A stretch of 64,000 nucleotides of DNA from Verrucomicrobiota bacterium (GCA_050014435.1 JBEKDI010000006.1:9205-73204); one strand, 5' to 3'. Shown: positions 12,279-22,298, counted from the first letter of the stretch. The notes: generated by a model from the letters alone, not told the origin. Program-made: numbers and translations.

Positions 12279-12482
12279 GTGACTTTGAAAATTGTCATTG
12301 AGCCTGGCGAGGACGGCTACTATGTCGCGCATTGCCCGGCGCTGAAAAGCTGTTGGTCGCAAGGCAAGACTCGCGAAGAGGCATTGAAGAATGTCCGGGA
12401 AGCCATTGATTTGTTTTTGGAGCCGTCACCGTCTGAGTTGACATCGTCCAATGAGCGGGAGGTTGTCGAGTTGACAATATGA
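12279..12482 (+). CDS. hicB: HicB-family antitoxin
   Basis: VTLKIVIEPGEDGYYVAHCPALKSCWSQGKTREEALKNVREAIDLFLE is the HicB/UPF0150 fold signature. AAGGAGGA lies 11 nt before the GTG at 12279. The stop overlaps the hicA ATG (ATGA). The start coordinate is uncertain (ATG at 12207 is also in frame). Confidence 0.8.
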   Translation: MTLKIVIEPGEDGYYVAHCPALKSCWSQGKTREEALKNVREAIDLFLEPSPSELTSSNEREVVELTI

Positions 12483-12697
12483 AGTTGCCGTTGCTGTCTG
12501 GCCGGCAGGTGTTGACCGCATTGCAGCGGCTCGGTTTTCAGGAAATCCATCGCAAGGGAAGCCACGTCAAGATGCAGCACCCGGATGGCCGGAGAATCGT
12601 GTTTCCCTTTCATACGGAAGTGGATCGTTACACCTTGAAAGGAGCCTTGCGCGATGGAGCGGTTGAACTGGAGGATTTTCTTCGACAGATTCGGTAA
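12479..12697 (+). CDS. hicA: HicA-family mRNA interferase toxin
   Basis: The 72-aa protein LSGRQVLTALQRLGFQEIHRKGSHVKMQHPDGRRIVFPFH matches the HicA/YcfA pattern. Confidence 0.9.
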   Translation: MKLPLLSGRQVLTALQRLGFQEIHRKGSHVKMQHPDGRRIVFPFHTEVDRYTLKGALRDGAVELEDFLRQIR

Positions 12698-12768
12698 ATG
12701 GCACGCCACGGGTGTTCCAGAACGGCAAAGGGAACAGGTGAATGGCCGCCGCGGCTCCGGCGCTTCCA

Positions 12769-14247
12769 TTATGGCCCAACGCGGGGTTTTGGTTTCGTCA
12801 AGGCACCGAGCACTCCGGCCCACGCCACAAACGCCAGGGTGAGCAGGGGAATGATCCAGAGCGGTTGCAGCCGGTGCGCTTCGGCGACGGTGACGCCATA
12901 GGCCGACGCCACCCACACGTCGATCCGCAAATTGAGCGTCAGCAACAGCACCGCGGAGCAGACAGCCAGATGGCCGTTGCTGGCTTGAGCCGCCGCCGCT
13001 CCGGTTTTGCCCCGGAGACGGATGAATGCCAGCGCGCACAGAATGACCACCGCTCCCGCCAGGGACCACGCTCCCAATAAATCCTCCGATATCCATGCCA
13101 CGCGGATCAGAGGAGAGAAGAGCGCCAGATGCATTCCGACCACCACAAACGTCAGCATCCACGGCTTCATTGGCTCCCTGACGGACGGGGTGGAATCACC
13201 GGCCAATTCGTTCGTGAAGCGGAAGCTCACCGCGCGTCCAGCCATCATGGACATCCAGGCGATCAAGGCGCAGCAATACAACCACCACCAGCCCGCCAAC
13301 ACCGTAAACAAGATGCGTCCGTTCCAGCGAAAATTGTGTGCCAGGGACCGAACCGTGATTTCGCCTCCCCAGGCAAGTCCAATGACAACCACCCAATAAA
13401 TGATGACTAGCGTCATTTTCCGTGCCCGCACTTTCGGGTCGGTTGTGCTGGCGCGGATGACAAGACATTGCGCCCCTGCGCCCGCCGCGACGCCAAGGAA
13501 GGGCGCCAGCGGGGCCAGCCATGTGGCGATAAAGCCCGACTTGGCCGCCGCCGTCCCTTTCGCTCCCATGCCCAAACCAGCCGTTGCCGCGGGGCCTGCC
13601 GCCAGGGGCAACGCCGCGAACACCGCGCCCGAGAACGCCTGCCCCGGCGCCGTCCGGCCCAACGTATTCTCCACAAACGCCTGGACCTCCTCCTGCAACA
13701 GCTTGCGCCCGCGCAGCAGCCTTTGCTTGACAGCGTCTTCCGACAATTCCAATGCCCCGGCCACATGCTCAATCGACTTATGCTGGCGGTAAAATAAAAT
13801 GAGCGGTTCGCGATACAGATCGGGGATTTTTTCCAACGACCGCCACAGGATCGCCTCTTCCTCGCGGCTGATGGTTTGGTCCGACGGCAGGGCCTCGCAG
13901 GCTGGCAGCTCGCGCGCGTCGTCCAGGGGCAGGGCGTTGAGGGCCGGCTGATGGACGTCGTTGCGCACGCTTCTGTGAATCCGGTTCCGGACGATGCCGC
14001 AGAGCCAGGAACGGAGTTTTGCCGGCTCGCGCAAATTCCGCAGTTCCGTCCACGCGGCCAGGAACGTTTCCTGGGCCACGTCCTCGCTTTGGGCAAGGTT
14101 GCCGGTGGCGTTGTAGGCCAGCGAGCAAATCAAGGTTTGGTACCGTTCAACAATGGCGCGAAAAGCATCCCGGCTTCCGCCCAGGCTTTCGGCCACCAGA
14201 TCGGCATCGTTGCGTTCCGCGGCGTTCATGAGTTCAGTAGTCATCAT
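12769..14247 (-). CDS. ECF sigma-70 factor fused to a C-terminal polytopic membrane domain
   Basis: The N-terminal ~190 aa carry sigma region 2 (DVAQETFLAAWTELRNL) and region 4 (REPLILFYRQHKSIEHVAGALELSEDAVKQRLLRGRKLL). The remaining ~300 aa contain about 7-8 hydrophobic helices. Confidence 0.85.
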   Translation of the reverse strand: MMTTELMNAAERNDADLVAESLGGSRDAFRAIVERYQTLICSLAYNATGNLAQSEDVAQETFLAAWTELRNLREPAKLRSWLCGIVRNRIHRSVRNDVHQPALNALPLDDARELPACEALPSDQTISREEEAILWRSLEKIPDLYREPLILFYRQHKSIEHVAGALELSEDAVKQRLLRGRKLLQEEVQAFVENTLGRTAPGQAFSGAVFAALPLAAGPAATAGLGMGAKGTAAAKSGFIATWLAPLAPFLGVAAGAGAQCLVIRASTTDPKVRARKMTLVIIYWVVVIGLAWGGEITVRSLAHNFRWNGRILFTVLAGWWWLYCCALIAWMSMMAGRAVSFRFTNELAGDSTPSVREPMKPWMLTFVVVGMHLALFSPLIRVAWISEDLLGAWSLAGAVVILCALAFIRLRGKTGAAAAQASNGHLAVCSAVLLLTLNLRIDVWVASAYGVTVAEAHRLQPLWIIPLLTLAFVAWAGVLGALTKPKPRVGP

Positions 14248-14288
14248 ATCACATCATAAGGGCCGGAAAAGGGCGGAGAGGTGACAGA

Positions 14289-15248
14289 TCATTTCGCAAA
14301 ATGGCACGAAGCCCAATGGCCGGGCGCGACTTCGCGCAATGCCGGCGGGTCGCTCCGGCAGCGCGCCTCGGCCAGGGGGCATCGCGGGTGAAAGGGGCAT
14401 CCGGGCGGCGGGTCAATCGGCGACGGCATTTCGCCCGCCAAAACGATCCGCGTCCGTTGCGCCGCCGGATCGAGCTGCGGCACAGCCGAAACCAGGGCCT
14501 GCGTGTAAGGATGTTTGGCCGTTTGCACGACGGCTTTCGCTCCGCCCAATTCGACGATCTTGCCCAGATACATCACCATGACGCGCCGGCTGATGTGCTC
14601 GACCACGGCCAAATCGTGCGCCACGAAAAGATAAGCCACTCCGCGTTCGCGCTGCACCTCTTGCAACAGATTAATGATCTGCGCTTGCACCGAAACGTCC
14701 AGTGCGCTGACCGGTTCGTCGCATACGATCAGCTTCGGCTCGACCGCCAGGGCTCGGGCAATGCCGATGCGCTGCCGCTGGCCGCCGCTGAACTCATGCG
14801 GGTAACGCCGAGCATGCGAGGCGTCCAGCCCGGCCATCGTGAGCAAGGCTTCGATCTTTCCCTCGCGCTCCGTCCTGCTCCCGGCCAGGTGATGAATATC
14901 CAGCGCTTCGCCGATGATTTCGCCCGCCGTCATGCGCGGATCCAAGGAATTATAGGGATCCTGGAAAATCATCTGGAATTTCCGGCGGCGCGCGCGCAAC
15001 TCCGCTCCGCTCAGGCGCGCGATGTCCTCCCCGTCAAGCCAGACACTGCCCGCGGTGGGTTCGACCAGCTTGACGATGGCCCGGCCCAGGGTTGTCTTGC
15101 CGCAACCGCTTTCACCCACCAAGCCCAGCGTCTCACCGGGACCAATGCTGAAACTCACATCATCAACCGCTTTGACGTGTTGCCGGACGCCGCGCAACAA
15201 GCCGTGCCGCACAGGATAATGAACTTTGAGATTTTTGACCTCCAGCAT
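14289..15248 (-). CDS. oligopeptide/dipeptide ABC transporter ATP-binding protein (OppF/DppF type)
   Basis: Walker A GESGCGKTT, signature FSGGQRQR, Walker B LIVCDEP. The C-terminal oligopeptide-type extension carries Cys (GCPFHPRCP). Confidence 0.9.
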   Translation of the reverse strand: MLEVKNLKVHYPVRHGLLRGVRQHVKAVDDVSFSIGPGETLGLVGESGCGKTTLGRAIVKLVEPTAGSVWLDGEDIARLSGAELRARRRKFQMIFQDPYNSLDPRMTAGEIIGEALDIHHLAGSRTEREGKIEALLTMAGLDASHARRYPHEFSGGQRQRIGIARALAVEPKLIVCDEPVSALDVSVQAQIINLLQEVQRERGVAYLFVAHDLAVVEHISRRVMVMYLGKIVELGGAKAVVQTAKHPYTQALVSAVPQLDPAAQRTRIVLAGEMPSPIDPPPGCPFHPRCPLAEARCRSDPPALREVAPGHWASCHFAK

Positions 15249-15257
15249 GAGCGGCTT

Positions 15258-16217
15258 TCAATTTCCGGCGTTGCAATAGGGACAGCGGACCCATCGGCCG
15301 GGTTCCACCTCGACGAGTTGCGGCACTTGCCTGGCGCAATCAGGACGCGCCCGGGCGCAGCGCGGTTCAAAGCGGCATCCCGGCGGCATGGCACCGGGGC
15401 TGGGCACGGTCCCGGGAATCGCGGTCAGCCGTTCCGCGCCGCCGCTTAGTTTGGGCACTGAATCGATCAGAGCCTGCGTGTAAGGATGCAAGGGGCGCCG
15501 CAACAATTCCCGGGCGGTCGCCGTCTCCACGATCTGTCCCGCATACATCACCGCCACCCTGTCCGCCATCTGGCCGACAATGCCCAGATTGTGTGTGATC
15601 AAGAGCATGCTCATGTTGAGGCGCTCCTTCAGTTCGCGGAGGAGATCGAGGATTTGCGCCTGGATGGTCACATCCAGCGCGGTGGTTGGCTCGTCCGCCA
15701 CGAGCAACTTCGGCTCGGAAGCCAGAGCCAGCGCAATCATGACCCGCTGCTGCATGCCGCCGGACATCTCATGCGCATAATTCCTCGAGCGCGATTCTGC
15801 CGCCGGGATCCCCACCAGCTTCAGCAAACGCACCACCTCCGCGTCCGTTGCCGCCTGGGGACGGTGCAAGCGCAGCGATTCCTTGATTTGCCGGCCGACG
15901 CGAAGCACGGGGTTGAGCGACGCGCCCGGCTCCTGGAAAATATAACTGACAACACCGCCCCGCAACCGGCGCAGCTCGTTCCGGGACGCCCGCAAGACAT
16001 TCCGGCCCTGCAGCAGAATCTCCCCGCCCGGATAATGGGCGGGCGGGCTGGGCAGCAACCGCGCGATGGACAACGCGGTGACGGTTTTCCCCGAACCGCT
16101 TTCGCCCACCAGGCAGACCGTTTCCCCGGCGCCGATGGACAGCGACACCCCATCGACGGCGCGGACCGCTTGTTGGCCCGAGCCGAAATCGATCAGGAGA
16201 TTTTTGATTTCCAACAA
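15258..16217 (-). CDS. oligopeptide/dipeptide ABC transporter ATP-binding protein (OppD/DppD type)
   Basis: Walker A GESGSGKT, signature MSGGMQQR, Walker B LLVADEPTTALD, C-terminal GCRFEPRC. Confidence 0.9.
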   Translation of the reverse strand: MLEIKNLLIDFGSGQQAVRAVDGVSLSIGAGETVCLVGESGSGKTVTALSIARLLPSPPAHYPGGEILLQGRNVLRASRNELRRLRGGVVSYIFQEPGASLNPVLRVGRQIKESLRLHRPQAATDAEVVRLLKLVGIPAAESRSRNYAHEMSGGMQQRVMIALALASEPKLLVADEPTTALDVTIQAQILDLLRELKERLNMSMLLITHNLGIVGQMADRVAVMYAGQIVETATARELLRRPLHPYTQALIDSVPKLSGGAERLTAIPGTVPSPGAMPPGCRFEPRCARARPDCARQVPQLVEVEPGRWVRCPYCNAGN

Positions 16218-16326
16218 CGCCGCCAGTGTAAGATTCCGTCCTCGCCGCTGACGAGTGTTATTTCGAAACGAATCATGGCTCTCTGGCGGCGGCGGGAGCG
16301 CCGGTACAAGGCGGGGCCGGGAAGGA

Positions 16327-18963
16327 TTATTGACTTTCCATCAAGAGCGCACCGCTGGCGCCGTTGACGATGAAGTAGCCCCGGGCATTGGTCTGCCCCT
16401 GGAGGATAACACCATTGCATTTGATCGTTTGGGGCAAACTGAACGGGTTGGCAAAACTGCCACTGATCATTCCGGTGGATTTATTGATTGACAATGTCAG
16501 CCGGGAGATGCCACCGCCCAGGTCAGCCACGGCGCCTGCGGGGGTGATGCCGATGGCGTTGGTAAAGCCCTTTCCCCATTCGGCGTTGGTGACACTCACT
16601 TGCGCGCTGGAGAAGCCGGTCGGAGGCTGCACATTCGGATTGAAAGGCCCGCCGGTGAGCGTTGCGCTCTGGTTGGTGAAGCCGCCGGTCAACGCTGCTG
16701 TCTTGCTCGCATTGCCGCCGTTGATCCAGCTCAAGCCTGGGTTTGCACACATCGTGCCGTTGGCGGATTGGTTCCAGCCCCAGAGCGAACCCTTGCCACC
16801 GTAAAGATTGAGGTAGAGAGGCCACCAGCCATTGGTCAGTATTGCGCTGGATTGGCTGACGGCAGTGCCGTCCGCCAGACTGCCGGCGAAGGCGAGCGCG
16901 CCCGTCGGGCTGATGGTCACTGTTCCCCAGCTTGAGCCGAGCGGGCCTTCGGCTGAGTTGGTTGTGCCGTCGATGACCAGCGTGTATTTCCCCTCGTATT
17001 CAGTCGCGTTGTTGTGCGGGCCAAAGATCGCGCGGTAACCGATCAGCGTCGAATAAAAGCTCCCGTCCGAGACGGTTCCTTCAACCGTGCCATGCGTCGA
17101 GTTCAACTCCAGCGCCGTCACCAGGGGGTTTTGCCCGGCGATTTTATTTGTCAAGACGAGGTTTGCGCCAACGGCCAGCTTCCCGCTCAACGGGATTGTT
17201 TTTGGCCCAAGCCGCAAAGCGCCGGACATCGCGCCGGCTGGCGTGATGTTCAAACTGAAATAGCCCGAGTTCGTCTGGCTGCGGTCGCTGTCCTGCGGCG
17301 CAAACAAGCCGTAATACGAGCCGCCGGCGAAGAGGAACTCGTTCGTGACAAAATTGGCTTGCAGAACGAGATTGGGTTCGTTGGTGAAGGTCAAGGTGGG
17401 CGCTGTGCCGAGGAGCGAGTAGGGTGGGTTGGTTCCGCCGACCCAGTTGACAAACGAATTCCCCGCAACCGGCGCCGCGGTGACGCTGTATTTTTTGCCT
17501 GTCACCAGCACCTTGGGCCAGGCTGGATGTTTGATCGTTCCGGAGCCATTGGTAACGAGCACGACAGCGTTGGTTGATTCGGTGGCGTTGGTATAAACGA
17601 CGCTCAACGTCGTCAGGTTGTCATTGGAAAGCGTGACAAACTGGTTCGTTGGCGGCATCCAGCCTTCGGCGGAGGAAAACGAAATTTCATACGTGCCCGC
17701 CAGCAGGTTGCTGAGGGTGGCTCCGCTGCTCTGCAATGGGCCGCGGTTCAATTGCCACATCGCGCCGGAACTGATGGCGTTGCCCGGGGCAATGAAGACT
17801 GTCAAGTAATTGTTGGCGCTGGTCAGCGGCGGCAGGACCACGCGATAAACCACACCCTTGTTGAAGCTTCCGCCTGAGGAAGTGAGCCCATACAGATTGC
17901 CATCCGGACCATAGGTGAGTCCAGAGGAAGGATTTGCTCCATTTGTCCCGTTAAAGTTTTCCAGGAGGGTCAATGTCCCTCCGGGTGTCATCCGATATAA
18001 AGTTCCCATATTGCCAACGCCACCGAATGTCGTTGTGCTGTAGAGGCTCCCATCGGGACCTTGGATCAGTCCTCCGTCAAAGGGATCTTCTGCGCCGATG
18101 GTTTGGAGGGGAGATTCGCTGATCAGCGTTCCATTTGTCGTGGCGTGAAACACAACTCCCGCATTACTGGTTCCACCTTCGGCCGTGACTCCAAAAAACG
18201 TGCCATCGGCCACCATCGTCAATGCGGAGGATGGATTGCTTCCGTTGGCGCCATTGAAATTAATCAATGCGACCAGGCCGTTGGATCCATATTGGAATAC
18301 GACACCATTACTGGCAGTCCCTCCAGATGCGGTGGTGCCATAAATGTTGCCGTCCTGACCGAGGACCATCGGATATTGAGGATTTAGCCCATTGAGGCCA
18401 TCAAAGCTGGGAGCCGTCTCAAAGCCGCCGTGGGACGGAATCGCAAAAATCTCTCCCCCATCATTGAGTCCGCCGTTGGCAGTCGTGCCGATCAGTTCGC
18501 CATCCGGCTCCAGAAGCAAACCCCCCTCTGGATGGTCGCCACCGGCGCCGGTGAAATCGTAGATCGTGGTGAGCGCGCCACCGGTCGTCATTCGAAACAC
18601 CGTGCCGAGATTACTCGTTCCACCGGCGCTGGTCAGACCGTAAAAATTGCCATCAAGCCCCAGGGTCAGTGCCGCCTCCGGATAGGCGCCATTCGGCCCG
18701 GTGAAATCAACCAGCTTCGTCAGCGTCCCGGAGGTGGACACTTGAAACACGGTTCCTTCACTTGCGCTGCCGCCCTCGGCGGTCGTGCCATACAACAAGC
18801 CGTCCGGGCCCAGCGTCAAAGGAGCCTGCGGAAGGGACCCGTTGGTCCCGTTGAAAGAGCAAATCGGCTGAATAATTTGGGCCGGGACGCCGCTGCTTAT
18901 CAGCGATCCCAACAGGATCAAGGCCGCAATCCGCCTGCTTGTGAAAACAAATGGAACTCTCAT
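16327..18963 (-). CDS. secreted GloVer (Gloeobacter/Verrucomicrobia) tandem-repeat protein
   Basis: A signal peptide starts at the ATG at 18963 (MRVPFVFTSRRIAALILLGSLISSGVPAQ). About 8 repeats follow the pattern F.G.NG..P...L..G.DG.(L/F)YG(T/L)T..GG....G(T/V)(V/L)F. I recall this as the TIGR03803-type repeat. A beta-rich C-terminal half follows. Confidence 0.8.
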   Translation of the reverse strand: MRVPFVFTSRRIAALILLGSLISSGVPAQIIQPICSFNGTNGSLPQAPLTLGPDGLLYGTTAEGGSASEGTVFQVSTSGTLTKLVDFTGPNGAYPEAALTLGLDGNFYGLTSAGGTSNLGTVFRMTTGGALTTIYDFTGAGGDHPEGGLLLEPDGELIGTTANGGLNDGGEIFAIPSHGGFETAPSFDGLNGLNPQYPMVLGQDGNIYGTTASGGTASNGVVFQYGSNGLVALINFNGANGSNPSSALTMVADGTFFGVTAEGGTSNAGVVFHATTNGTLISESPLQTIGAEDPFDGGLIQGPDGSLYSTTTFGGVGNMGTLYRMTPGGTLTLLENFNGTNGANPSSGLTYGPDGNLYGLTSSGGSFNKGVVYRVVLPPLTSANNYLTVFIAPGNAISSGAMWQLNRGPLQSSGATLSNLLAGTYEISFSSAEGWMPPTNQFVTLSNDNLTTLSVVYTNATESTNAVVLVTNGSGTIKHPAWPKVLVTGKKYSVTAAPVAGNSFVNWVGGTNPPYSLLGTAPTLTFTNEPNLVLQANFVTNEFLFAGGSYYGLFAPQDSDRSQTNSGYFSLNITPAGAMSGALRLGPKTIPLSGKLAVGANLVLTNKIAGQNPLVTALELNSTHGTVEGTVSDGSFYSTLIGYRAIFGPHNNATEYEGKYTLVIDGTTNSAEGPLGSSWGTVTISPTGALAFAGSLADGTAVSQSSAILTNGWWPLYLNLYGGKGSLWGWNQSANGTMCANPGLSWINGGNASKTAALTGGFTNQSATLTGGPFNPNVQPPTGFSSAQVSVTNAEWGKGFTNAIGITPAGAVADLGGGISRLTLSINKSTGMISGSFANPFSLPQTIKCNGVILQGQTNARGYFIVNGASGALLMESQ

Positions 18964-19092
18964 AGACCAATTAGGAACCGTGCTGGACGGTATCTTAACT
19001 TCTAATCTCGGCAAGCGCAAGCCCTTTCCGGCAGAGTGTGTTACCGAAATCAACAGGCAGCCTGAGGAAGGTTCCGGTGGGAGGCGGCGTGT

Positions 19093-19596
19093 TTAAAGTC
19101 CATCCATTCTTTCACGGAGGCTTGCCCGAAGCGCGTCCATATCGACATCCGGCGGCTTTGTCCTTGCTCTCGCAAAAGCAAAAGCCAACACCCCTGCCCC
19201 AAGCAAAACACCAAAACTGAGAAAAAACCACTTGCCGGTTCCTGCGTCTCCCCCGTGATTCTGAGGGAAAAAGTAACCGTCCGGGAAATAATAGCCGGGA
19301 ATGGCATCCCCCAGGTTTACACTGTTGAAAAAATCGCGCGTAGCCGCAATGTTCACTTTTGGCTGCCGGTTGCTGCTGAAAACGACGTGTGGCCAGGCGC
19401 CCCTTCCATGATCGACATATTTCCTGACCACAGTGAGCGTCTCGGGCTGAACCTTGCCAGCTAGAATGCTTTGCAACCTGTCTTCATACTGCTGCTGGGA
19501 ATTACCCATGCGAATGAACGCCACAATGCCAAAAACAACAAACCCCAGTCCGAAAGCAACTGGCACGAACCTTTGAATGAATGCATTAAGACGCAT
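19093..19596 (-). CDS. hypothetical membrane protein (two TM helices)
   Basis: ATG at 19596 (MRLNAFIQRFVPVAFGLGFVVFGIVAFI). A second TM helix lies near the C-terminus. The upstream 48 codons of the track ORF are unlikely to be coding. Confidence 0.5.
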   Translation of the reverse strand: MRLNAFIQRFVPVAFGLGFVVFGIVAFIRMGNSQQQYEDRLQSILAGKVQPETLTVVRKYVDHGRGAWPHVVFSSNRQPKVNIAATRDFFNSVNLGDAIPGYYFPDGYFFPQNHGGDAGTGKWFFLSFGVLLGAGVLAFAFARARTKPPDVDMDALRASLRERMDGL

Positions 19597-19721
19597 GATG
19601 GTAAAGCCGCCTAACGTCCAGAGGTTGGGCATGCGCGATGTTTTCGCCGCCAGTGGCCAAAAGTCAAGGGCAGGCCTGAGTCCGTCTTGCTTCCAGCGCC
19701 ACAATTTGCCACTGTAGCCCC

Positions 19722-20240
19722 GTGAAATCGTTGGACCCACCGGATAGCCATTACCTTTCCGGCGCCATCGGCTGGCTGGGCCTCGGCAACTGGCAGGAGG
19801 CGGACGAGGAATTCGAGAAGATTGCCCCGGAACTGCGCGCCCACCCTGACGTGTTGGAAGTTCGCTGGCAGATTTACGCCAAGGCCGGGAAGTGGGACAA
19901 AGCGGCTCAAATTGCCGCTACGCTCGTCGATATGCAGCCAAATGAGCCGGGAGCATGGATCAGTCTGGCGTATGCCACGCGGCGAAAGCCGGCCGGCGGA
20001 TTACTGCAAGCAAAGATGATATTGACCGCGATGGAAAAGCGGTTCCCCGAAGTGTGGCTGTTCCCTTACAACCTGGCCTGCTACTGCGCCCAACTGGGGC
20101 TGCTGGACGAATGCCAGGAATGGTTCAAAAAGGCGCTGGCCATCGACCAGCAGACCGTGAAGCGGGCCGCGATGGATGATCCCGATTTGCAGCCGCTCAG
20201 GGACATCATGGGCGGCACGCTCTGGCAGCGGTCGGAATAA
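19722..20240 (+). CDS. TPR-like repeat protein
   Basis: GTG start. Helical repeats (GNWQEADEEFEKI, AKAGKWDKAAQIA, LGLLDECQEWFKKALAID) fit TPR. Confidence 0.65.
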   Translation: MKSLDPPDSHYLSGAIGWLGLGNWQEADEEFEKIAPELRAHPDVLEVRWQIYAKAGKWDKAAQIAATLVDMQPNEPGAWISLAYATRRKPAGGLLQAKMILTAMEKRFPEVWLFPYNLACYCAQLGLLDECQEWFKKALAIDQQTVKRAAMDDPDLQPLRDIMGGTLWQRSE

Positions 20241-21122
20241 AATTCACCAGTTAAAACTTATGGCGGATGATTCACGGGTAATCCGGGCTAAACAACACAA
20301 TCCTCCTCCTCCTTCGTTGCCTTTGTTACCTTCTGTTGAGGATCCCCGATTGGTTTCGTCTTTGCGCCATTGCCCTTTGCGTTAAAACCGGATCGTTTTG
20401 GGTGATTGTCGAAAATACATATTTGACAAGAGCGCCACCGACACCCGTTTTCATCAATGTTTACAAGGGTTTCGTGTTTTAAAAACTGATCCCGCCACGG
20501 GGTGTACGCTTTTTCCTGTTTGTGCCACAATGCAAAAGCAAAGTCAGAATTATGAAGGCAGAATACAGAAGTGAATCCCCGGTTTCGCTGGCGGCTTGTG
20601 CAAAAGCGGCCTTGTCGCGCCGTCTTGTCCGCCATTGCCCTGCGGCGTCATTGGACTCGTCCGCCGCAACCCCGGCGGTGAAGGCGGAAGCCCTCGGACG
20701 AAAGCGGGATCAAACCCGCATCAAAGCGGGTGGCAGCGCGTCGCAGCCAGTCACAGCGATCTTTCCACGGCGTCGCATTCACTCGCATTCAAATCCGTGC
20801 CCATCCGTGTTCATCCGTGGTAAAAAGACTGTCCTTAGCCACCCTGAATTGCCTGCCCGTTTTCAAACCGATTGGGGCCATTTCAAAGCGATTCAAACCA
20901 AAAAAAGAATCATGAAATCTCCAAGTTCAAATTTCAGATCCTCCTGCAAAAGCCGGCGGCCTTGCTCCCTGCAAGGAATGGGCCAAAAAATCCGACTTAA
21001 TCGCACTTGCTCGCACTTAATCCGGCTTAATCGCACCATTTTGAAACATTTTTTATTTTTGGGCTTCCCTTCCGGCTCTCCTCGCGTTCCCGCCCCTTTT
21101 AATTTTACCGAAATGGTGTAGC

Positions 21123-22298
21123 ATGGAAGAGGTTTATTATCGTGCCAAAAACTATATGATGACAAAAACTTTTCCTCCTTTCAGCATGACGCGGCTGTTG
21201 ACAACGGTCTTCGCGCCAAAGCCGGGCGAACGCATCGCCATTCTCATTGATCTGCCGGACCCTCGCGCGGTCAAGGATTTCGCCTTCCTCAAAGACCCCG
21301 CCTTGACCATTCAGCGCCATGCGTACGATGTGTTTTATCAGGGCCTGAAAAATGGCGGCCTCAAGGAAATGCAGTTGACTGGCGGAGACCTCTTTGCCTA
21401 TGAGGTGACCGGCGGAAGCAACCTCGATCTGCCCGACACAGCCTTCGATCCCGCGGGGCGCGAAGTGCGGTTCGAGAAGGACATCTATCCCCGTTACAAC
21501 ATCCTGCTTTGCATCTCCACCTTTTCCGCCACCGCGCCTTTGACGGCTTTCGCCAAGCAGTTTGGTTTTCGCGGCGCCACGATGCACGGCCTGAACGACA
21601 TTATTTTAAAAACCGGCCTGGCGGTGGATTACAACCAAGTCAGTCGCGACGCGGAAAAACTCCGGCTCGGATTGACGCGGGCCGATTATTTTGAGATCGA
21701 TTTTGAGGTGCTAGGCCAGACGCACCGGCTCACCCTCCAGTGTGGACGCCAGGAGGCGCAGAAGAGCCACGGCATTTGCCGCGGGGAAAAGCCGGACGTG
21801 GCGAATCTGCCCGCCGGCGAAGTCTATTTTGTGCCGCAAGGAGCCGAGGGCGCATTCCCGATGCGTTACGAAGACGGCACCATCGGCCTCATGCAGGTCA
21901 GCGGCGGGCGGATACAAAAAGCCGCGTTGTTGCAAGGCCGGCAGAGCGTGGTCGATGAACACAACCGCAAGCTCAAATCAGATCCCGTCACCGGCGAAAT
22001 CGGCGAGCTGGGATTCGGCACCCAGGAGCTTCCGCCGTCGGGGCGCGACATTCAGGACGAAAAGATTTTCGGCACCCTGCATGTTGCGACCGGGCGCAGC
22101 GACCATTTGGGGGGGCATTTAACGCCGGATAAATTTGCCAGCGCCAAAAACGCCACCCACGATGACATCCTGTTTTCGCCCACCAAAACGCCGGAAATTC
22201 TCGTAACACAGGCGCGCATGTATCGCGACGGCAAAAAGGAAGTCGTCATCGAAAAGTTCCATCCTTCCGCTTATTTGCGCCAGTTGCTCGCCTCCTAA
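21123..22298 (+). CDS. conserved hypothetical protein, possibly aminopeptidase (M29/AmpS)-like
   Basis: Clean 391-aa ORF. The segment GEIGELGFGT....DEKIFGTLHVATG resembles the C-terminal metal-site region of M29 aminopeptidases. The functional call is weak. Confidence 0.4.
   Translation: MEEVYYRAKNYMMTKTFPPFSMTRLLTTVFAPKPGERIAILIDLPDPRAVKDFAFLKDPALTIQRHAYDVFYQGLKNGGLKEMQLTGGDLFAYEVTGGSNLDLPDTAFDPAGREVRFEKDIYPRYNILLCISTFSATAPLTAFAKQFGFRGATMHGLNDIILKTGLAVDYNQVSRDAEKLRLGLTRADYFEIDFEVLGQTHRLTLQCGRQEAQKSHGICRGEKPDVANLPAGEVYFVPQGAEGAFPMRYEDGTIGLMQVSGGRIQKAALLQGRQSVVDEHNRKLKSDPVTGEIGELGFGTQELPPSGRDIQDEKIFGTLHVATGRSDHLGGHLTPDKFASAKNATHDDILFSPTKTPEILVTQARMYRDGKKEVVIEKFHPSAYLRQLLAS

Noticed and set aside
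14301-16367. Long + strand ORFs 14301..15449 and 15486..16367
   Set aside because: They are antisense to two ABC ATPase genes that carry complete Walker/signature motifs.
20640-20730. Cobalamin-riboswitch-like string CCCCGGCGGTGAAGGCGGAAGCCC
   Set aside because: It is only superficially similar. The B12 box (GCCACTG-type core) and surrounding conserved helices are absent, and the downstream gene is 400 bp away.
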